NCBI RefSeq assembly: GCF_004376175.1
Contig: NZ_SNUY01000073.1
Coordinates: forward strand, 1 to 18,650
Source: Halalkalibacterium halodurans
GTDB taxonomy: Bacteria > Bacillota > Bacilli > Bacillales > Bacillaceae_D
Direction of reading: 5' to 3'
Length of the DNA: 18,650 nt
The notes beneath the pieces are model-generated. The model worked only from the letters and a program-made list of their open reading frames with translations, was not told the DNA's origin and did not search any database. The position numbers and the translations under genes are program-made. Positions 8,125 through 16,183 of this stretch are shown here, piece by piece; the stretch's first letter is position 1; each line of letters opens with the position of its first letter.

Positions 8125-9828
8125 TTACAATGATAGGGAGTGCTCTTGTTTTATATCGCTATAGGTCGCGACTCGATTACGTCCCTTTGACTTAGCACCG
8201 TTATACATCGCCCGATCAGCTTTACGTATGAGGTCCATGGCATGATCTTTTTTTCCAGCCTCTGCTATACCGAAGCTTGCGGTGACTTTAATGTCCACCG
8301 TTTCTCCTACTAATAGATCGGATCGAATGAGTATCGAGCGAGAAGAGAAATCCTGTTGAAGTAGAATTCCCACTTGACGTGCGTCCTCTTCACCATGATG
8401 AGGTAGCAATATGACAAATTCTTCTCCACCATACCGAGAAATCACACTGTTATCTGGACATATCTTTCTCATCCGATCAGCCACCGCTTCAAGTACATCA
8501 TTCCCACTTTGATGCCCATACGTATCATTAATCTTTTTGAAATGATCCAGATCCAGAAGAATAATTGAAAACGGGAAGTCAGCCTCATTCACGGTTTTCT
8601 TCAATGCTTCCATCATATAACGAAAATTATAAAGGCCAGTTAAAGGATCGCGGACGCTTTCTTGTTTTGTCGTTTCTAGCAAGTCAACATTTTTAATCGC
8701 GACAGCAAAAATATTGACCAATATTTCTAGCATATGAATCCGCTGCTTCTTAAAATGATACATGTTCTTTGAAAAAACCGTAATGACTCCATACGTATCT
8801 TCTTTTTGACGAATCGGTAATGAAACAACAGACTGATAGATTTCAGGCAAGCGGATATCTCGTAGGTCACCGTCTTCTCTTCTTAGCATCGTATAAGGGC
8901 TTCCTGTCTCATAAACGTTTTTACTATAAAGATCTCCGTTTTGAAAATGGTTTGACCATTCAGCATCTAGTAAACTGCCATTCAACAGATTGAGTTCCTG
9001 TTGTTTCCCCTCATAAAGAACAACCGTATCAGCTTCTAAAAACTGCTCTACTTGTACGGCAAATAGATGAATTAACTTCTCCCGTGTGTTACAAGCATTT
9101 AACTCATGGCCGTACTCTGTCACGTCCTTTAGCATTCGGTTCGTATACTGGCTCTTATGATACATTTGCAAAAACATGCCGATCCCCGCAAAAAAAGATC
9201 CTAAAATAAAGACTGCCACGAGACCAACTGCTTCTGATAAATATAAAAGCATTAAACCTAACGGTAGCATAATGCTAGAGATGGCTACTTCTCGCATAAT
9301 CCCCTTCAGAAATGAAGAATTCGCCTTTAATACAAGTACCCGAAACAAGTGAATCAAGGTATGATTAACGACTAGAAACGTCACCGCATATGCAAATATC
9401 GGAACGAGCTGTTGTTGAAAAGTTAAGGCTAAACCTCGTCCAACTTCACCACCTAAAAAATAAAAAACAGCGGCTGACACAAGGGAAGTAATCAAAAAAA
9501 TAAATGTGTTTACTGGAATTCTATATAGGCTTCCATATCGTACACCAGCTGAGTATAGAGCAGTAATGATCGCAAATTGGGTCATGACAATTTCTACAAG
9601 AAGCCCATATTTCAAAAAGACAGCCAGACTCACCCACTGAAAAAGGGTGAGCACATGGCCACGATAAATGATCGGCATCGACGCCGTTAAGATCATCAAG
9701 AGTAAAAAGCTTATTTTTTCAATAGCGGTCAAATCACCGCGGGGAATGAGAACAACGCTTAAAGCGAACAATACGACAAGATACCCAAGATACAGTCCCC
9801 ATAACCATTGCTTTTGCTTTAGATTCAT
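8125..9828 (-). CDS. Membrane-bound diguanylate cyclase: polytopic N-terminal domain, GAF-like middle region, GGDEF domain
   Basis: About 230 N-terminal residues form repeated hydrophobic segments (roughly 7-8 TM). The middle soluble region looks GAF-like. The C-terminus carries DLDHFKKINDTYGH and an intact RYGGEEF active site. The ATG at 9828 (MNLKQKQ...) lies 8 nt after a GGGGAGGTGA RBS. The tracked start at 9858 is a GTG abutting the folC stop. Confidence 0.9.
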   Translation of the reverse strand: MNLKQKQWLWGLYLGYLVVLFALSVVLIPRGDLTAIEKISFLLLMILTASMPIIYRGHVLTLFQWVSLAVFLKYGLLVEIVMTQFAIITALYSAGVRYGSLYRIPVNTFIFLITSLVSAAVFYFLGGEVGRGLALTFQQQLVPIFAYAVTFLVVNHTLIHLFRVLVLKANSSFLKGIMREVAISSIMLPLGLMLLYLSEAVGLVAVFILGSFFAGIGMFLQMYHKSQYTNRMLKDVTEYGHELNACNTREKLIHLFAVQVEQFLEADTVVLYEGKQQELNLLNGSLLDAEWSNHFQNGDLYSKNVYETGSPYTMLRREDGDLRDIRLPEIYQSVVSLPIRQKEDTYGVITVFSKNMYHFKKQRIHMLEILVNIFAVAIKNVDLLETTKQESVRDPLTGLYNFRYMMEALKKTVNEADFPFSIILLDLDHFKKINDTYGHQSGNDVLEAVADRMRKICPDNSVISRYGGEEFVILLPHHGEEDARQVGILLQQDFSSRSILIRSDLLVGETVDIKVTASFGIAEAGKKDHAMDLIRKADRAMYNGAKSKGRNRVATYSDIKQEHSLSL

Positions 9829-9859
9829 CGCATTGCTCACCTCCCCAGCGGAATACACG

Positions 9860-11152
9860 TTATCTCTCTAACAGAAACGCCCTAACTTTTGAAATAAAAT
9901 AAAGTGACCCGCAGATGATAACCATTTCATTAGCTTTACAACTTTCTCGTTCTCGCCTAATGGCCACTTTCCAATCTGCACAAATGGATTTGTTATAAAC
10001 AGGCGCTTGTTCATACAATTGCTCTGCTTTCTGAGCTCGTTCAAATTCAAATGTCGTAAAAGTAAAAGAAGCGGGAAGGTCAACATAAGGGGCCAGTAAA
10101 GCTTTCATCTCTTTTTCTTTCGTTACAGCCATGACAAAGCGATACTTATACGTTGGAAAGTGAAGCGCTAGTAATTCGGCTAGTGCTTTCATGCCTTCTT
10201 CATTATGAGCTCCATCTACAAACGTAAGCGGTGCTTCAGATATTTTTTCAAAACGCCCAATCCATGTCGTGTTCCTAATCCCCCTAACAATATGGTCATT
10301 AGAGAGCTCGTAGTGTTTCATGGATCGTAATTGTTCGATGGCTTGAATCGCCATACTTGCATTCTCTATTTGATGGTGGCCTTTCATTACCGTTTCTAAT
10401 GATAGGGTGAGACCTGATTGTGATTGATATGAAAAAAACTGTTTATCCATTGTCACACTTTTGGGCAAGGAGTGGAAATCAGTTCCGTAAGCAAAGAGCG
10501 GAGCTTTCACCTTGTTCGCCTTATCCTGAATCACCCGAAACGCTTCAGGTTGTTTAACATGAACGATGGCTGGAATATCCGGCTTAATAATCCCCGCTTT
10601 TTCATAAGCAATGCTTTCAAGGGTTCCCCCCAATACGTTCATGTGATCGTGTCCAATTGACGTAATAATCGATAGAAGCGGGGTCACAATATTTGTGGAG
10701 TCAAGTCTCCCCCCAAGCCCGACCTCTAGTAGAACGATGTCAGGGTTCACACGGGCAAAAAAGTCAAAGGCTATGACCGTAATAACCTCAAACTCCGTGG
10801 GGCTCCCCAAATCTGTCCTTTTCAGCTCTTCGACCACGTCGATAATATTTAAGCAGCTTCGTACAAGCTCTTCGCTACTGATCGGTTCGCCTTTATAAGC
10901 AATACGTTCCCTAAAATGTTCAATATAAGGAGATGTAAACGTACCTACGTTGTAGCCTGCTTCGGTGAGCATGCAACGCATAAAGCTAACCGTTGAACCC
11001 TTTCCGTTCGTTCCACCGATATGAACAACGTTTAACTCTTTTTCTGGGTGTCCAAGCTTCTCCAACATCCATTCAATTCGTTGTAAACCTGGCTTAATTC
11101 CAAACGGTAAAAAAGAATGAATCCATTCAATGGCTTGCCTTTCATTTTGCAC
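9860..11152 (-). CDS. folC: Folylpolyglutamate synthase / dihydrofolate synthase
   Basis: Mur-ligase P-loop HIGGTNGKGST. 430 aa, the same length as B. subtilis FolC as I recall it. GTG start 8 nt after a GGAGGA RBS. Located downstream of valS. Confidence 0.95.
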   Translation of the reverse strand: MQNERQAIEWIHSFLPFGIKPGLQRIEWMLEKLGHPEKELNVVHIGGTNGKGSTVSFMRCMLTEAGYNVGTFTSPYIEHFRERIAYKGEPISSEELVRSCLNIIDVVEELKRTDLGSPTEFEVITVIAFDFFARVNPDIVLLEVGLGGRLDSTNIVTPLLSIITSIGHDHMNVLGGTLESIAYEKAGIIKPDIPAIVHVKQPEAFRVIQDKANKVKAPLFAYGTDFHSLPKSVTMDKQFFSYQSQSGLTLSLETVMKGHHQIENASMAIQAIEQLRSMKHYELSNDHIVRGIRNTTWIGRFEKISEAPLTFVDGAHNEEGMKALAELLALHFPTYKYRFVMAVTKEKEMKALLAPYVDLPASFTFTTFEFERAQKAEQLYEQAPVYNKSICADWKVAIRRERESCKANEMVIICGSLYFISKVRAFLLER

Positions 11153-11187
11153 AGCTATTTTCCTCCATGTCTATCAAGTATGACATG

Positions 11188-11216
11188 ATTATAACGAGAG
11201 TTCATCCAGCCAGCAA
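11188..11216 (-). promoter_or_regulatory. Candidate sigma-A promoter for folC
   Basis: Minus strand: TTGCTG (11216-11211), 17 nt, TATAAT (11193-11188), about 35 nt upstream of the folC GTG. A second candidate is an extended -10 TGgTATGAT (TATGAT at 11297-11292) with no -35. A promoter is needed here because valS ends in a strong terminator. Confidence 0.4.
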
Positions 11217-11486
11217 TGAGGAAATACAAATCGTCTTTTAACAGACATATTAGAAAATTTTTAACTAACCATTACCTTATTCCTTGATTCCATCATACCA
11301 TATACACGCAAAAAGAAGGATGAGAAAGATTGTCGAAAATTGACTAATAAGAACTAAATACCTATTACATATAACCTATAACTTATCATTTATTCATCTT
11401 TCGTACTCGCATGAAGGTAAAAAGACAAGAGAGCGCCTACTATTTTAAAGCGTAAAAGAGCACTGGTTCAAAAGTCTATCTTTTGA

Positions 11487-11700
11487 GGCTGCTTTTTGCT
11501 TATTCGTTCGAAATGGCTACTTGGCGGACGCTTTTGCAACATCGACTCACGCACACTTTGTTTGCATTCGTCGTGTTTCTTTGCCACGTGCAACGCTCCA
11601 GCTTCCTCGAGAACCCCACTCTCGGCGATCTTCCGTTGTTGCTTTTCCCGCTGGAGTCGCCCGCTGTCGCTCGAAGGAACCAACGAAATCACACCAACAC
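11487..11700. repeat. GC-rich, stop-trinucleotide-free non-coding element (probable intergenic repeat or structured RNA) in the valS-folC spacer
   Basis: No TAA, TAG or TGA occurs on the + strand from 11487 to 11745, so all three + frames and one - frame are open. GC by hand count is about 58% at 11581-11700 and about 23% at 11221-11280. Internal complementarities: cgctccagc (11594-11602) with gctggag-t-cg (11650-11659), and ttcctcgag (11603-11611) with ctcga-a-ggaa (11670-11679). The translations are low-complexity and unlike real proteins. Confidence 0.45.
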
Positions 11701-11701
11701 A

Positions 11702-11740
11702 AAAATCGGGAGAATCTCATCAAACGGTTCTCCCGATTTT
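11702..11740 (-). terminator. Intrinsic terminator of valS (symmetric, usable on both strands)
   Basis: aaaatcgggagaa (11702-11714), 13-nt loop, ttctcccgatttt (11728-11740). Lies 36 nt downstream of the valS stop. A/T runs on both sides give a U-tail in either orientation. Confidence 0.8.
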
Positions 11741-11775
11741 ATGTTTGAAGGTGCTTTTGGGACAGCGCCCTCTTT

Positions 11776-14418
11776 TTATCCTTTTAGTTCTTTAATTCTT
11801 GCTCTGACCGCTGCTCGTTTTTCGAGATAATCCGCTTCCTTCTTCCGCTCTTCTTCGATTACTTTCTCTGGGGCCTTTGCTAAAAAACCTTGATTAGACA
11901 GTTTTTTCTGTACTCGTTCTACTTCTTTTTCAAGCTTATTCTCTTCTTTTTCAAGGCGAGCAATTTCTTCCTCTAAATCTAACAATCCAGCCAACGGTAA
12001 GTAAAGCTCAACCCCTGATAAAACATTCGACATGGATTTCTCTGGTTTTTCAATCGCCGTTCCCATTACAAGCGTGCTAGGGTTACAAAACTTTTCAATG
12101 TAGTGCTTCCCTCGCTCTAGCTGAGTCAGAACGTCTTCGTTCTTCGCTTGAATATGCAATTCAATTTCCTTGCTCATCGGAACATTTAGTTCCGCACGGG
12201 TATTGCGGACAGAGCGAATAATGTCTTTCAATAGCTCCATGTCGCCCATCGCTTGTTCAAACGTAAATTCTTCTGATTTCACCGGCCATGAAGCAACAGT
12301 GATCGATTCGCCCTCATGCGGCAAATGCTGCCATATTTCCTCGGTAATAAACGGCATGAGTGGATGTAAGAGACGCATCGTTTGGTCAAGAACGTAGGCT
12401 AATACAGAACGAGTCGTCTTTTTCGCCACTTCGTCTTCCCCATATAAAGGGAGTTTCGCCATTTCAATATACCAATCACATAGATCATCCCAAATAAAGT
12501 TATATAAATGGCGACCGACTTCACCGAATTCGTAAGCATCGATTAAGCGCGTGACTGTTTCAATCGTTTCTTGAAGACGTGTTAAAATCCATTGATCAGC
12601 AATTGATTTCTCACCTGTTAAGTCAATTTCATCATAGGACATTCCATCCATGTTCAAAAGAGCAAAGCGAGATGCATTCCAAATTTTATTGCCGAAATTC
12701 CATGTTGATTCGACTTTTTCCCAGTAAAAGCGCAAATCATTTCCCGGGGAACTACCTGTAGCTAAGAAGAAGCGTAAGGCATCGGCTCCGTATTTGTCGA
12801 TCACTTCCATTGGGTCTACACCATTACCAAGCGACTTGGACATCTTTCGTCCTTCTGCATCCCGAACGAGACCGTGGATTAATACATCTTTAAACGGTGG
12901 CTGACCGGTAAATTCAAGGCCTTGGAAAATCATCCGTGATACCCAGAAGAAGATAATGTCATAGCCTGTCACTAGCGCATCAGTTGAGTAGTAACGCTTG
13001 TAGTCTGGTGCTTCCTCATCTGGCCATCCCATCGTTGAAAACGGCCATAGGGCTGAGCTAAACCACGTATCAAGAACGTCCTCATCTTGTTTCCAATTGT
13101 CTTTATCCTGCGGCGCTTCATGTCCTACATACACTTCTCCTGTTTCTTTATGGTACCATGCAGGAATACGATGCCCCCACCAAAGCTGACGAGAAATGCA
13201 CCAGTCGCGAATGTTTTCCATCCAGCGAAGATATGTTTTTTCGAATCGGTCCGGGACAAAGTTGACTTTGTTTTCTGTTGTTTGCAGTTCAATTGCTTGC
13301 TCCGCCAGTGGCTTCATCTTGACAAACCATTGTGTCGATAAGTAAGGCTCGACTACCGCACCACTACGCTCTGAATGCCCGACCGAGTGAACATGCTCTT
13401 CGATTTTAAATAAAACCCCTTGTTCTTGTAGGTCTTTGACAATCTGCTTCCGGCATTCAAATCGATCCATGCCTTCATATTGGCCAGCCTTCTCATTCAT
13501 CGTCCCGTCCTCATTCATAACGAGAATGCGCGGAAGGTTGTGGCGGTTACCGATTTCAAAGTCATTTGGATCATGGGCTGGAGTAATTTTTACCGCTCCA
13601 GAGCCAAATTCCATATCGACATAATCATCAGCAACAATTGGAATCTCTCGTCCGGTTATAGGAAGCTTCACCATTTTGCCGATGAGGTGTTGATACCGCT
13701 CATCCTCAGGATGTACGGCTACAGCCGTATCACCAAGCATCGTTTCCGGGCGCGTCGTGGCAACCTCAATTGCTCCGTCTCCATCGGCTAATGGGTATTT
13801 CATATGATAGAAATAGCCTTGCACATCTTTGTAAATGACTTCGATATCCGATAGGGCCGTTTTCGTCACTGGGTCCCAGTTAATAATATATTCTCCCCGG
13901 TAGATAAGCCCCTTCTCATAGAGCTTGACAAACACTTCTCGAACCGCTTTAGACAGCCCTTCGTCCAACGTAAATCGCTCGCGGGAATAGTCGAGAGAGA
14001 GGCCAAGTTTTGCCCACTGCTGACGAATAAAATCAGCATATTCTTCTTTCCATTCCCACGTTTTCTCCACAAACGCCTCGCGCCCTAAGTCGTATCTAGA
14101 CTTACCTTCCTCTCGCAATTTCGCCTCTACCTTTGCTTGTGTGGCAATCCCTGCATGGTCCATCCCTGGTAACCAAAGGGTATCATACCCTTGCATTCGC
14201 TTTACTCGTGAGAGAATATCTTGTAGCGCCGTATCCCACGCATGCCCTAGATGCAGTTTCCCTGTTACATTCGGTGGTGGAATAACTATGGTGTATGGTT
14301 TTTTCGTCTCATCAGATGTAGCTTCAAAAAATTTCCCTTCAATCCAATATTCATACCACTTCGATTCAATGTCTTGTGGATGATATTTTGTTGGCATTTC
14401 TTGATCCTGCTTTGTCAT
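11776..14418 (-). CDS. valS: Valine--tRNA ligase
   Basis: 880 aa with class I HIGH-type motif (KLHLGHAWD), KMSKS motif and a C-terminal coiled coil ([25 protein letters not shown]). GGAGGA RBS. Preceded by a Val-type T-box leader. Confidence 0.98.
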   Translation of the reverse strand: MTKQDQEMPTKYHPQDIESKWYEYWIEGKFFEATSDETKKPYTIVIPPPNVTGKLHLGHAWDTALQDILSRVKRMQGYDTLWLPGMDHAGIATQAKVEAKLREEGKSRYDLGREAFVEKTWEWKEEYADFIRQQWAKLGLSLDYSRERFTLDEGLSKAVREVFVKLYEKGLIYRGEYIINWDPVTKTALSDIEVIYKDVQGYFYHMKYPLADGDGAIEVATTRPETMLGDTAVAVHPEDERYQHLIGKMVKLPITGREIPIVADDYVDMEFGSGAVKITPAHDPNDFEIGNRHNLPRILVMNEDGTMNEKAGQYEGMDRFECRKQIVKDLQEQGVLFKIEEHVHSVGHSERSGAVVEPYLSTQWFVKMKPLAEQAIELQTTENKVNFVPDRFEKTYLRWMENIRDWCISRQLWWGHRIPAWYHKETGEVYVGHEAPQDKDNWKQDEDVLDTWFSSALWPFSTMGWPDEEAPDYKRYYSTDALVTGYDIIFFWVSRMIFQGLEFTGQPPFKDVLIHGLVRDAEGRKMSKSLGNGVDPMEVIDKYGADALRFFLATGSSPGNDLRFYWEKVESTWNFGNKIWNASRFALLNMDGMSYDEIDLTGEKSIADQWILTRLQETIETVTRLIDAYEFGEVGRHLYNFIWDDLCDWYIEMAKLPLYGEDEVAKKTTRSVLAYVLDQTMRLLHPLMPFITEEIWQHLPHEGESITVASWPVKSEEFTFEQAMGDMELLKDIIRSVRNTRAELNVPMSKEIELHIQAKNEDVLTQLERGKHYIEKFCNPSTLVMGTAIEKPEKSMSNVLSGVELYLPLAGLLDLEEEIARLEKEENKLEKEVERVQKKLSNQGFLAKAPEKVIEEERKKEADYLEKRAAVRARIKELKG

Positions 14419-14459
14419 CTTTTTTCCTCCTTGCTTACCTTTAATTACGGCAGTAACAT

Positions 14460-14492
14460 AAAAAACCCCCTTCGCTCAAAGGACGAAGAGAG
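14460..14492 (-). terminator. T-box leader attenuator (terminator helix)
   Basis: The minus-strand RNA reads CUCUCUUCG-UCCUUUGAG-CGAAGGGGG followed by UUUUUU. This is a 9-bp stem (two G-U pairs) with a 9-nt loop. Its 5' arm lies a few nt downstream of the T-box motif, consistent with an alternative antiterminator. Confidence 0.85.
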
Positions 14493-14700
14493 TTTACTCG
14501 CGGTACCACCTTTGTTTGCCTATGGAATCATCACCATTGGCACACTCGACATGATAACGGCTTTTCGCCGACCTTACTTACTTGTGTTCAGTAAAGCTGC
14601 TCCAGGGCGACCTTCACCTCGTACATCCTAAGGAACCTCCCAGCCAATGGATTCCTCTCTCTGAAAAGGGTTCGGAAGCTACTCTTCCCTATCTGTGCAT
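14460..14700 (-). promoter_or_regulatory. T-box riboswitch leader of valS (tRNA-Val responsive)
   Basis: On the minus strand: Stem I elements GGGAAGAGTAGC, CAGAGAGAGG and the distal TTGGCTGGGAGG. The specifier region is GAGGTGAAG-GTC-G, with the GUC Val codon at 14611-14609 followed by a purine. The T-box motif is AACAAAGGTGGTACCGCGAG (core at 14510-14499), with UGGU complementary to an ACCA acceptor end (A73 discriminator). The terminator follows. Confidence 0.9.
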
Positions 14701-14731
14701 TTAAGATTATGTACATTATACGTTTATAAGT

Positions 14732-14760
14732 ATTTTAGCGTTCCTTCATTGGATCGTCAA
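14732..14760 (-). promoter_or_regulatory. Candidate sigma-A promoter of the valS T-box leader
   Basis: Minus strand: TTGACG (14760-14755), 17 nt, TAAAAT (14737-14732). A perfect TATAAT at 14720-14715 with a poor -35 is an alternative. Confidence 0.5.
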
Positions 14761-14872
14761 CAACAGCATGATCTCTTTTTATGATAATTATACATGGGCC
14801 GATGCACCAGTTGCCTTGAAAACGCATAGGCTGATAACAAGATCATACACCGTATGTGAGAGGTGCTTTCGG

Positions 14873-15058
14873 ATGAGACGACCGTACTACAAAAAACCCC
14901 CATGGTATTTAAAAATTCGCGCGATCATCGCCCAATTTCTTTTACCGTTAATCATTTTTCAATTTTTTCGTACACTGTTTTTCCCGACTTCGTTTGACGT
15001 CATTTTATTAACATTCCTTATCTTCCTTTATTGCTGTATGCTCATTCGGTTATTCTAA
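14873..15058 (+). CDS. Small (61 aa) hydrophobic membrane protein, divergent from valS
   Basis: The ATG at 14873 lies 7 nt after GAGAGGTG (14858-14865). Product: MRRPYYKKPPWYLKIRAIIAQFLLPLIIFQFFRTLFFPTSFDVILLTFLIFLYCCMLIRLF, a basic N-terminus plus two hydrophobic segments. The 96-aa version starting at 14768 has no RBS. B. subtilis has a small gene (yszA, if I recall correctly) between valS and ysxE. Confidence 0.55.
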   Translation: MRRPYYKKPPWYLKIRAIIAQFLLPLIIFQFFRTLFFPTSFDVILLTFLIFLYCCMLIRLF

Positions 15059-15135
15059 AACATGATGGCATCCATATATTAGGATAGGGCGGATAGCCCA
15101 ATCTTATAAAAGGAAAACTTCATAAAGTGCAAAGA

Positions 15136-15159
15136 GACTACCTTCGTAAGAAGGCAGTC
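15136..15159 (-). terminator. Hairpin overlapping the ysxE stop codon (possible terminator)
   Basis: gactaccttc (15136-15145), loop gtaa, gaaggcagtc (15150-15159), with one mismatch. On the minus strand it is followed by tctctttgcacttt, which is only moderately T-rich. Confidence 0.4.
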
Positions 15160-16183
15160 ATGATAGTCCGCTTTCGTTGATAGCTGGTGTGGGGAGCAAA
15201 CTTTTCGAAAATCGTTCAACTCGCCGCAAATTAAGCAAACGTTTCTCCAATCGCTTCACATGTTTGACTTCTGATGGAGGACCAGATTGCTGTTGATAAG
15301 CTTCGATCCCGTATATAACTGGATCTGGAAAGGATAAATAGGCGTGCAATAACCGTTTTTCTTCCTCTAGTAATGGAAGGTGTTGCTCATAACGATAAAG
15401 CCAGCGGTGCCCTTCCTCTTCAGACCAAAGGGCGTGCGGAAAGCTATGTCTAAAAAAGCTGGCTAAATCACGAGCAGGTGTGTCCAATGCAGCCCGCTCA
15501 AAGTTAAACAACAACGGTTCATGTCGCTCATTAAAAAAAGCATGGGCGCGGCTTAGCCTTCCGTGACAGAGGACGCTTCGATATTTTTCTTTCTCCAAGC
15601 ACGTCTCATACCATGCTTCAAGGGACTCCTTCGCCGTGTGGGCCATATGCTCTAAAAATGAAAAGTGAGTTAATAACGTTAGCTCATAAGGAGACATATA
15701 CGTTTTTCGTTCCGCCTGATCTGCAAAGCGATTCATTGTCAGCCATCGCGAATCCCATCGGTCACGCAGCTCGTTGTATGAAGCTTCAAGCTGCTCCTTC
15801 GAGAACGGCTGTGTCTTTACGGTCAAACGATGAATGACACCGAGCTGATCTGCCAGCTTCTCTTCTTGTGATTCACGGGCATTGTAAGGAATTGATTCAA
15901 TCCATGGCATCACATAAAAACTCGTATCTCGATCTGTCAGTGTATATTCACCAAACTTTGTCGGTAAAAGAGGGACCACTTTCCGATAGCCTAAACGATC
16001 AAGCTTTCTCATACAGTAGACGAACCAATCGGCTTGCGATCGTGTCATTTGCGTCTTTTTTAAGGCAAATAAACCGTGCTTTGTGACGAGTTTCTTCACG
16101 TTCTCCCCATGGTCCTCTACCGCTTCTGGATATAAATCATACTGATACAAAATCGCCTCAAGAGGTAGTTGAGCTTGTTGCAT
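15158..16183 (-). CDS. ysxE: Spore coat protein YsxE (CotS/aminoglycoside-phosphotransferase-like fold)
   Basis: Located in the operon downstream of spoVID, as in B. subtilis. CotS-family landmarks: PTKFGEYTL...YVMPWIES, CHGRLSRAHAFF, FNFERAALDTPARDLASFF. The ATG at 16183 lies 6 nt after AGAAGGTGA and gives 341 aa. The tracked start at 16189 is a GTG inside the RBS. Confidence 0.85.
   Translation of the reverse strand: MQQAQLPLEAILYQYDLYPEAVEDHGENVKKLVTKHGLFALKKTQMTRSQADWFVYCMRKLDRLGYRKVVPLLPTKFGEYTLTDRDTSFYVMPWIESIPYNARESQEEKLADQLGVIHRLTVKTQPFSKEQLEASYNELRDRWDSRWLTMNRFADQAERKTYMSPYELTLLTHFSFLEHMAHTAKESLEAWYETCLEKEKYRSVLCHGRLSRAHAFFNERHEPLLFNFERAALDTPARDLASFFRHSFPHALWSEEEGHRWLYRYEQHLPLLEEEKRLLHAYLSFPDPVIYGIEAYQQQSGPPSEVKHVKRLEKRLLNLRRVERFSKSLLPTPAINESGLS

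Noticed and set aside
9668-10898. ORFs 9668..9871 +, 9868..10086 -, 10472..10660 + and 10695..10898 +
   Set aside because: They are alternative-frame or antisense ORFs inside the GGDEF gene and folC. They are explained by the real genes.
11160-11700. THF (folate) riboswitch upstream of folC
   Set aside because: I compared the minus-strand sequence by eye with the THF aptamer sequence I remember and found no convincing match to its conserved core. The GC-rich element is also more than 300 nt from folC, with a better promoter candidate between them. Only a covariance-model scan could exclude it formally.
11468-11830. Four overlapping ORFs in the track (11468..11692 -, 11483..11830 +, 11496..11795 +, 11521..11748 +)
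   Set aside because: They are mutually overlapping and none has an SD. Their compositions are low-complexity and Arg/Ser/Leu-rich. One runs antisense into the valS 3' end and through its terminator. They are a by-product of a stop-free GC-rich non-coding element.
12170-14631. Antisense or alternate-frame ORFs within valS and its leader (12170.., 12579.., 13087.., 13436.., 13480.., 13866..14072 -, 14141.., 14251..14631 +)
   Set aside because: They are embedded in valS, which is intact with both the HIGH and KMSKS motifs. ORF 14251..14631 runs antisense across the T-box leader and its terminator, which is incompatible with a real gene.
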